From a bacterium (GTDB lineage Archaea; Thermoplasmatota; E2; JACPAO01; JAHFTW01), in assembly GCA_040390065.1 (NCBI GenBank), contig JAZJZE010000009.1:250830-314829 (forward strand): 64,000 bases of DNA, written 5' to 3'. Every line of letters starts with the position of its first letter. Positions within the stretch are counted from its first letter, which is position 1. Below are positions 57,119 through 64,000 of the stretch, in pieces. Position numbers and translations under genes: made by a program. The notes beneath the pieces were generated by a model. That model was not told the origin of the DNA, searched no databases, and was given only the letters and a program-made list of their open reading frames with translations.

Positions 57119-58483
57119 TCATCCCACGACCTTCTCCCATTTCTTCAGGTGCAGCACCGAGGACAGAGTCTTGCCGCGGCGGATCTCCTCGCGCAGCCGG
57201 TTCTCGCGTTCATGCACTTCGATGGAGCGGTTGGCGATCTCTTGGGCCTCGTCCTGCGGGACAACGACGACGCCCATGTCGTCGGCGACGATCCAGTCGC
57301 CGGAGCGCACGGTCTGGCCGCCGCAGCGGACCTCGCCGCCGATCTCGCCGAAGCCCTTGGGTTCCCCAGCGTTTGGCACGACCCAGCGCGACCACACTGG
57401 GAAGCCCATGGCGCGGATGTCGTCGATGTCACGCACGGCCCCGTCGACGACGACGGCCGCAACGCCGCGCAGTTGGCTCGAATGGCTCGCCAGTTCGCCC
57501 CACATGGCCGTCTGCGTGCCGCGCTGGTCGATGACGAGGACTTCGCCGCGCTTGGCTGCCTCGATGGCCTCGACGGGTTTGGCCCAGTCGCCGTCCGCCG
57601 TGAAGACGGTCACGGCGCGGCCAGCGATGCGCACACCCGTCTGCCGCGGCTGGATGCCGCCGTCCATGGCGCCCTTGCGATGCATGGCGTCGGAGATGTT
57701 CGACGTGCTGCACTTGGCGAAGGCGGCGGCCAGTTCCTCCTGGCCGTACTTCTTGTAGAGGTCGGTGCGGATGACGGAGCGCTGCCGCATCGCCGTGGTG
57801 AGGCGCCGCGCTTCGGCCTTGATGTCGGGAGCCTTGGTGAGCGCCCCGCCCACGATGACGATGCTGGCGCCCGCCTTGACGCACTCGCCGACGGTCTCCG
57901 AGTTGAGCCCGCCGGCGACCATGACGGGGATGCGCACGGCGGCGACGACGGCGCGCAAGGTGTCGAGCGGCTTGGCGCCACGCATCTGCTCGTCGACGCC
58001 CATGTGCAAGGCCACGTAGTCGCAGCCCATCGCTTCCGCCTCCTTGGCGCGCTTCACCTTGTCAGGCACGCTCAGGAGGTCCATGTAGACCTTGGCGCCG
58101 TACTTGCGGGCTGCCTTCACAGCTTCCCTGAACGTGCCGTCGGAGGCAGCACCCAGGATGCCGACCACGCCGGCTCCGGCCTTGACGGCGATCTCCGTCT
58201 CGAAGGCGCCCGTGTCCATCGTCTTCATGTCGGCGACGATGGTCTGGCCGGGAAAGGTGCGCCGTAGTTCGCGCACGGCGTCGAGGCCACACGCTTTGAT
58301 GAGGGGCGTTCCCGCTTCGACCCACTGCGCACCGCCCGCGACGGCCTCCCTGGCGTACTGCAGGGCGCGGTCGAGGTTGACTTCGTCGAGCGCGATTTGC
58401 AGGACCGGCCAGGGCGACCCGTTGGCGCTGGCCTTCGGGCGGGCGGTCTTGCTGGGACTTCCCTTCTTGGCGGTCTTGGGCAT
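57119..58483 (-). CDS. hxlA: 3-hexulose-6-phosphate synthase fused to RraA-like domain
   Basis: LQIALD, EAGTPLIK, ADMKTMDTG, VAGGL; then STSNISDAM, WGEL, VVDGAVRD, DWIVADDMGVVVVP. Confidence 0.9.
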   Translation of the reverse strand: MPKTAKKGSPSKTARPKASANGSPWPVLQIALDEVNLDRALQYAREAVAGGAQWVEAGTPLIKACGLDAVRELRRTFPGQTIVADMKTMDTGAFETEIAVKAGAGVVGILGAASDGTFREAVKAARKYGAKVYMDLLSVPDKVKRAKEAEAMGCDYVALHMGVDEQMRGAKPLDTLRAVVAAVRIPVMVAGGLNSETVGECVKAGASIVIVGGALTKAPDIKAEARRLTTAMRQRSVIRTDLYKKYGQEELAAAFAKCSTSNISDAMHRKGAMDGGIQPRQTGVRIAGRAVTVFTADGDWAKPVEAIEAAKRGEVLVIDQRGTQTAMWGELASHSSQLRGVAAVVVDGAVRDIDDIRAMGFPVWSRWVVPNAGEPKGFGEIGGEVRCGGQTVRSGDWIVADDMGVVVVPQDEAQEIANRSIEVHERENRLREEIRRGKTLSSVLHLKKWEKVVG

Positions 58484-58508
58484 GAGGCGTCCCAGGACGT
58501 CCCACGTT

Positions 58509-59960
58509 TCAAGGTTGGCCCCACGGCTCCGGTGGCTGCTGGAACTCGTCGGGGACGCGGCCGTAGATTCGTTGCATCGCCCCCGTGTGGGCATCGAGGA
58601 GGAGTTCGGGTGCCGGCGGGTCGCAGCTGAGCCTGAATGCAGGCAGGATCGGGGTATCGATTCCAAGACCGTACAGGCCGTTGTACGTCAAGTCCATCGC
58701 ACAGGCGTCCGCGTGGTAGAGGCGTTTGTAGAGTGCGAAGGGCGCATCATAGGCGACGATGCGCTCTGCTGCCAAGTCAAGCGGTGGCATCCGGCGAAGG
58801 CGGTCCTTGTCAACCGTGTACTCCGAGCACTTGGTGCCGGACGGCGCCGTAGGCACGACGGGCTGGACGGTGTGTTGGCAGGTGACGTACAATGCCTGAT
58901 TGCGTTGCGGCCCGCCGTACATGACCTGCCAGGTGTAGGAATCTTGCACGACCACGCCCGGGGACGGCTCGAAGTGGCCGCTCTGGCTGCCAATCCATTC
59001 GTAGATGAGGGTCTTTGGGTCGTCCTTCCAGGCCTGCAGTGTTGCAAGCGAGGTGTCGGACTCCGCGTAGGCGATCATGTCATGCAAGGACCAGGCGTGT
59101 GGCGGGTCCTCCCGCGTTGCCCGGGCGGTGAGGGCGAGCGTCGCCTGGCGATTGGGAGCCGGCGCGAAGGCAGCGCACGGCGCGATAGGCTTTCCTGATG
59201 TCGTCAAGTTGGCGGCGTCGAGGGCGAGGTGTTTGACATCCTCGAACGTGTTGTGCCGCGGCATCTCCACCCAGGACGGCAGGCGGCCGGTCCCCACGGC
59301 TTCGCTCTTCCATGCGACGATGTCGAGGACCATTTGCCGGCCTTCGGGCGGCATGGCCCCAGACGACGAAGAGTGCCACCATGCGGCTGAATAGCCCGGG
59401 TAGTCGCCGACATCCAGGCCGTACGATGTTCCGTTCAAGGGAAGCCAATTGGGGGGCGGCGCCTCCGTACCGTTGTGCCGTAGGAGGAAACCCGGCAGGA
59501 AATTGAAGTGGCTCACGTCGCCGGCGGCGGCGAACTCGAGCATCTGGCCGTCGTGGCCGTCCTGCAGCGCCCAGACGGGCGTCATGCACGGGCCGAGGGC
59601 ATAGTGCATGGTCCATTGGCGATTCCACATCGTCCAGTTCACGGTGGCCACGTGCCCGTATGTGGGTTGCCCATAGGCGTCGAGGAAAATGGTGGGACGG
59701 AGGCGCAGCCACAGGTCCTGACCGGCGCCCCGGTAGTGCACGGTCATGTTGTCGGTGATGGGCGGCGCCGAAAGGCTGCTCGGCTGCGCGGGCATGCGGT
59801 GGGACGTCGTTTGGGTGTAAGGGGCGTGCGTGTTGCCGCCGGCCGCCGTCGAGGGCGTACCTTCGGATTCCAGCTTATGGCCGCCCGGCGTCGCCGCGGG
59901 GGTGGCGCATCCGGCTCCCAGCATGGTGACGACGAGAAGGATGACGAGGAGGCCGCGCAC
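58509..59960 (-). CDS. lipoprotein of unknown function
   Basis: VRGLLVILLVVTMLGAGC lipobox. Start GTG 59960. Confidence 0.7.
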   Translation of the reverse strand: MRGLLVILLVVTMLGAGCATPAATPGGHKLESEGTPSTAAGGNTHAPYTQTTSHRMPAQPSSLSAPPITDNMTVHYRGAGQDLWLRLRPTIFLDAYGQPTYGHVATVNWTMWNRQWTMHYALGPCMTPVWALQDGHDGQMLEFAAAGDVSHFNFLPGFLLRHNGTEAPPPNWLPLNGTSYGLDVGDYPGYSAAWWHSSSSGAMPPEGRQMVLDIVAWKSEAVGTGRLPSWVEMPRHNTFEDVKHLALDAANLTTSGKPIAPCAAFAPAPNRQATLALTARATREDPPHAWSLHDMIAYAESDTSLATLQAWKDDPKTLIYEWIGSQSGHFEPSPGVVVQDSYTWQVMYGGPQRNQALYVTCQHTVQPVVPTAPSGTKCSEYTVDKDRLRRMPPLDLAAERIVAYDAPFALYKRLYHADACAMDLTYNGLYGLGIDTPILPAFRLSCDPPAPELLLDAHTGAMQRIYGRVPDEFQQPPEPWGQP

Positions 59961-60080
59961 AGACAGAACCGGGTACGGCCCGGAATAAGCCTCTTGGTCA
60001 GGTTGGGAAAAGGCCGAACGACGGCGCCACCCCAACCCGTCCTCATCGGCACGGCCTTCAAGCGCAAGGGCCTCGGTCGG

Positions 60081-60878
60081 ATGATGCCTGAGGGGCAAGC
60101 CCCATCCACGGATCTGCCGCCCAAGACGCTGCCGCAGTTGCAGGCCGAGCACACGGCGCCACCACGCTCGCGCCTCAACTCGCCGCAGACGGAGGAGACG
60201 GAACAGTCCCCCTACCGCAACTACGTGCGCGACCTCATCCTCGGCCTGAATGACGGCATCGTCTCCGTGTATGCCCTCGTCGCGGGCCTCGCCGGTGCAG
60301 GCTTTGCCGCCAAGTCGGTCGCCGTCGCCGGTGTTGCGGCCTCCATCGCAGGCGCCTTGTCGATGGGCCTTGGCGAATACCTTTCCACGAAGTCGCAGCG
60401 GCAGTACTACGCAGCCGAGGAACGCCGCGAACGCGAGCACATCCGCACGTACCCCGACCTCGAGTACGCTGAACTCCGGCAGATGCTGCAGGAGCAGAAC
60501 TACCCGCCCGACGTCGCCGCGAAGATGGTGCAGCACCTGGCATCAAGCGAGGACCGCTTCGTCGAGTTCATGATGCGCGAGGAGTTCGGCATCGGCCGCG
60601 AATCCGACCGCTCGCCGGTGGCCGCCATGCTTCTCATCATGGGCGCGTTCCTGGCCGGCGCGATCCTTCCCGTCCTGCCCTTCTTCGTGCCGTTCGGGCA
60701 GTCGGCGTTGGCCGCAGCATCGGCCTTCGCGGTGGCGGGCCTCTTCGTCGCTGGCGCCGCAAAGGGCAAACTGTCGGGCCTTTCGCCGGTCCGTTCCGGC
60801 GGCGAGATGGCGCTCTTCGGTGCGGTGGCTGCCCTCATCACGTTCGGCGTCGGGCAATTGTTCCACGCACAGGTCTAG
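60081..60878 (+). CDS. VIT1/CCC1 family Fe/Mn transporter
   Basis: RDLILGLNDGIVS, AGALSMGLGEYLS, MMREEFG. Confidence 0.93.
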   Translation: MMPEGQAPSTDLPPKTLPQLQAEHTAPPRSRLNSPQTEETEQSPYRNYVRDLILGLNDGIVSVYALVAGLAGAGFAAKSVAVAGVAASIAGALSMGLGEYLSTKSQRQYYAAEERREREHIRTYPDLEYAELRQMLQEQNYPPDVAAKMVQHLASSEDRFVEFMMREEFGIGRESDRSPVAAMLLIMGAFLAGAILPVLPFFVPFGQSALAAASAFAVAGLFVAGAAKGKLSGLSPVRSGGEMALFGAVAALITFGVGQLFHAQV

Positions 60879-60941
60879 TCGCCCGCCCATCGTGGTCGTG
60901 CAAGAAAAGGGGGGAGAGGGGGGAAGGGAATCCGCGCGGGC

Positions 60942-62048
60942 CTAATGCGCGCGCGTTGCCGCCGTCAGAATCGTGGCCGCCTTGCCGTGGCTGCCGCCAT
61001 TCTTCGTGTCGGGCCCTCCGAGGACCGGCTTGGCGTTGAGGACGGTTGTCTCGAGGATGAGGCGCGTCACGCGGTACGGGTCCATGTTGGCGGCCGGGCG
61101 GCGGTCCTCGAGGTAGCCCATGCCCTGCTGCGCGGTGGCAAGCGGGATGCGGATGGACGCCCCGCGGTCGGAGACGCCGTAGCGGAACTGGTCGATGCTG
61201 CAGGTCTCATGCCGGCCGGTGAGGCGCTCCGTGTTGTGGGCGCCGTACTCGGCGACGTGGTCGTAGTGGCGGGCGCCGAGCTTCTTGCAGGCGTCCTCGA
61301 TGACCTTCATGCCGCCCTTCGAGCGCATCGCCTTCGTCGAGAAGTTCGTGTGCGCGCCGGCGCCGTTCCAGTCGCCCTTCATGGGCTTCGGGTGGAGCGT
61401 GGCGGTGATGCCGAACTCCTCGCCCAGGCGGTAGAGAAGCCAGCGGGCGAGCCAGATCTGGTCGGCGCACTCCAGCGGCGGCAGGGGGCCAATCTGGAAT
61501 TCCCATTGGGCGGGCATGACTTCGGCGTTGGTGCCGGACAGGCGCAGGCCCGCGGCGATGCAGGCCTCCGTGTGGGCTTCGATGAGTTCGCGGCCGTAGA
61601 CTTCGTCGGCGCCCACACCGCAGTAGTAGGGGCCCTGGGGCGGGGGAAAGCCGTTCTCCGGCCAGCCGAGCGGCTGCATGCCGCGGAACAGCGTGTATTC
61701 CTGCTCGATGCCGAACCACGGCTCGGCGGCCGCCGACTTCTTGGCGACTTCGCGCAGCTTGGAGCGCGTGTTGGTCGGGTGTGGCGTCTTGCCGTCGGCA
61801 AGGAACACCTCGGCCATGACGAGGACGTGCGGCCAGCCGCGGATGGGATCGTTGTAGAACGACACCGGGTGCAGCGCGCAGTCGGACTTGTCGCCGGGCG
61901 CCTGCCCGGTCGAGGAGCCGTCGAAGCCCCACAGGGGAAGATCGCTGACCTTCTTCACTTCATCAATCTCCACGACCTTCGTCTTGGAGCGCAGCTTCTG
62001 CGTCGGCGAGGTGCCGTCCATCCAGATGTATTCGGCGAATACGACCAT
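60942..62048 (-). CDS. glnII: glutamine synthetase type II
   Basis: AEYIWMDG, LRSKT, WGFDGSSTGQA, WFGIEQEY, QGPYYCGVG, NAEVMPAQWEFQIG, DWNGAGAHTNFST, YLEDRRPAANMDPY. Confidence 0.95.
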   Translation of the reverse strand: MVVFAEYIWMDGTSPTQKLRSKTKVVEIDEVKKVSDLPLWGFDGSSTGQAPGDKSDCALHPVSFYNDPIRGWPHVLVMAEVFLADGKTPHPTNTRSKLREVAKKSAAAEPWFGIEQEYTLFRGMQPLGWPENGFPPPQGPYYCGVGADEVYGRELIEAHTEACIAAGLRLSGTNAEVMPAQWEFQIGPLPPLECADQIWLARWLLYRLGEEFGITATLHPKPMKGDWNGAGAHTNFSTKAMRSKGGMKVIEDACKKLGARHYDHVAEYGAHNTERLTGRHETCSIDQFRYGVSDRGASIRIPLATAQQGMGYLEDRRPAANMDPYRVTRLILETTVLNAKPVLGGPDTKNGGSHGKAATILTAATRAH

Positions 62049-62191
62049 GCACATCCCCTCCCGGGGCAAGCGGCCCAGCGCGGCCAGGATGATAAGGATT
62101 CAGTTGCACCGGAAATATAGGTCAATGCGAGCCTAATGCTCCGCTTTGTCAAAACAAATGGTACAAATGCGTCAAGATGCTGCGATTCTTC

Positions 62192-62758
62192 ATGGCCGAT
62201 GGGACGCCCGTTTCGCCGCCGAGCCTCGACCGCGTCGACCGCATGCTGCTGCGCGAACTCGCCAAGGACGGCCGCGCGAGCCACCGCGACGTCGCCGAAC
62301 GCACGGGCCTCAGCCTCGCCACGGTCAACCGCCGCATCCGGCAACTCGAGGCGGACAAGACCATCCGCGGGTACGCTGTGCTGGCCGACGCCGAACAACT
62401 CGGCTGGACGCTGACGGCCGTCATCGGCTTGCGCATCGAGAAGGGCTTCGTGCGCGCCGTGCATGAGACGATCGCCAAGGACCCGCGCATCTTCGGCGTG
62501 TACGACGTGACCGGCGAATGGGACGGCCTCGTGCTGGTGCGCCTGCGCGGCCGCGAGGATCTCGACGACCTCGTGAAGAGCACGCTGTCGCTGCCGCACA
62601 TCCAGCGCACGAGCACCATGGTCGTGCTGAAGACCGTCCTCGAGTCCTCCGTCGTGAACGTCCCCGAGGAGCCGCCTGCAAAGCCGGCCCCGCGGCGGGC
62701 ACGCAGTGCTACGCGGGGCAGCAGCTCGATCGGTCGCGGCCGCGCTGCGCAGCCTTAA
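62192..62758 (+). CDS. Lrp/AsnC family regulator (divergent from glnII)
   Basis: LDRVDRMLLREL..DGR..VAERTGLS..TVNRRIRQLE, YDVTGEWD. Confidence 0.93.
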   Translation: MADGTPVSPPSLDRVDRMLLRELAKDGRASHRDVAERTGLSLATVNRRIRQLEADKTIRGYAVLADAEQLGWTLTAVIGLRIEKGFVRAVHETIAKDPRIFGVYDVTGEWDGLVLVRLRGREDLDDLVKSTLSLPHIQRTSTMVVLKTVLESSVVNVPEEPPAKPAPRRARSATRGSSSIGRGRAAQP

Positions 62759-62787
62759 GCCTGCAACCGCCTGGGCGAATCCCCCCG

Positions 62788-63849
62788 ATGCTGCCGCCCG
62801 CCGTCGTGCCCGAGTTCGTCGCCCTGCTGGCCTTGCTTGCCGCCGCGATGTTCTTCAACATGAGCGAGACGGCCATGATCGGCGTCAACCGCGTCACGGT
62901 CCGGCAGCGAGCCGACGCAGGCGACCGCCGGGCGCGCCGCCTCGACCACATGCTCGACGACCCGCAACGCATCCTCTCCACGGTGCTGGTGGGCAACACC
63001 ATCGTGACGATCAGCGCTGCCGCCCTCGCGACCGCCATCGCCGAACAGGTCATCGACCGCTTCCCCGCCCTCATCGCGACCGTGTCGGTGACCGTCGTCG
63101 TCCTGGTCCTCTGCGAACTCGTCCCGAAGACCCTGGCCGTCAACCACCCGCTCGGATTCGCCCTTGCCCTTGCACGTCCGCTGCGCGTCGTCGAAAGCAT
63201 CCTCAAACCCTTCATCGGCTTGGCAGGCGGGACCGCCAAGGCCATCACGCGCCTGTTGGGACAGAAGACGACGAGCAAGGCGCCCTACATCACCTCGGAC
63301 GAGATCGAGATGCTGGTGCGCATGGGCGTCGAGGGCGGCGAGGTGCGCCACTTCGAGCAACGCGTCATCAGCGACGTCTTCGACTTCACCGAGACCGACG
63401 TCGCCAAGGTCATGACGCCGGCGGCAAAGGTCCACTGGGTCAACAAGGACGCGACCCTCGGAGCCGCCGCCCAACTCGCCGCCAAGCACGGCCACAGCCG
63501 CATCATCGTCGCGGACGGCCGCTTCGACAACGTGCTTGGCGTCGTGCACATCAAGGACTTGCTCCACTACGGCGACGACGAACTCGCGAGTCTCCCCGTG
63601 ACCCTGGAGCTTCGCGCCGTCATCTACGCCAACCACGACCTGCCCGCCGACAAGCTCCTGGTCCAGATGCAGAAGGCGCACCGCCTCATGGCCGTCATCC
63701 AGGACGGCTACGGCCGCAACCTCGGCATCGTGACCGGCGACGACCTCGTCGAGGAACTCGTCGGCGAAATGCACGACGAGTTCGACAGGGCAAGGCGACG
63801 CAAGGAATTGGCCAAGGCCGAGGAAGCCGCCAAGGAAGTCAAACGATAG
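62788..63849 (+). CDS. CNNM/DUF21-CBS (hemolysin-like) protein
   Basis: FFNMSETAM, VLVGN, ELVPKTLA, VMTP, HSRI, GIVT.DDLVEELVGE..DEFD. Confidence 0.92.
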   Translation: MLPPAVVPEFVALLALLAAAMFFNMSETAMIGVNRVTVRQRADAGDRRARRLDHMLDDPQRILSTVLVGNTIVTISAAALATAIAEQVIDRFPALIATVSVTVVVLVLCELVPKTLAVNHPLGFALALARPLRVVESILKPFIGLAGGTAKAITRLLGQKTTSKAPYITSDEIEMLVRMGVEGGEVRHFEQRVISDVFDFTETDVAKVMTPAAKVHWVNKDATLGAAAQLAAKHGHSRIIVADGRFDNVLGVVHIKDLLHYGDDELASLPVTLELRAVIYANHDLPADKLLVQMQKAHRLMAVIQDGYGRNLGIVTGDDLVEELVGEMHDEFDRARRRKELAKAEEAAKEVKR

Positions 63850-63879
63850 GCATCACCGCCCGCATCTAGCTCCGGCACG

Positions 63880-63964
63880 GCCTACGCCAAGCGCCATCGC
63901 TTCGCTCGTCGGCGCCTCCCAGGTCATCACCCCGAGCCTACGCCGACCGCCATCGCTTCGCTCG
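63880..63964 (+). repeat. pair of 29-bp direct repeats (REP-like)
   Basis: GCCTACGCCnAnCGCCATCGCTTCGCTCG at 63880 and 63936, 27/29 identical. Confidence 0.8.
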
Positions 63965-64000
63965 GCGGGCGCAGGCATCCCTCGGCGCCGCGCTTCGCGC

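Noticed and set aside
57119-58483. HPS-RraA fusion as a novelty
   Set aside because: This fusion is already known in archaea.

Overview
High-GC archaeal DNA. Archaeal markers: rpl18e-rpl13-rps9-rpoN, archaeal-type TIM, DUF63, PolB2, and tRNAs without encoded CCA. The proteins are not acidic, so a non-halophilic Thermoplasmatota-like lineage is inferred. Most of the window is housekeeping, surface and signalling genes: asnS, tpiA, RNase R, threonine dehydratase, class I aldolase, an alpha-2-macroglobulin, a KaiC/V4R/histidine kinase cluster, an HPS-RraA fusion and type II glutamine synthetase. The main anomaly is 14971-21747, a putative DNA-damage/mutagenesis cassette. A PolB2-type polymerase is split at the fingers into two genes separated by a RelE-type toxin-antitoxin pair and two other genes, and its C-terminal half is translationally coupled to the toxin. 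This block and the PolB2 accessory gene lie between two apparently perfect 342-bp inverted repeats. Directly upstream are two SRAP/HMCES paralogues that both appear to start M-A-G instead of the catalytic M-C-G. A separate 3.7-kb integrase-less sulfur-handling island is bounded by copies of the tRNA-Glu 3' end. All calls come from motif recognition by eye. No searches were run, and many start codons were re-chosen from the ORF track.
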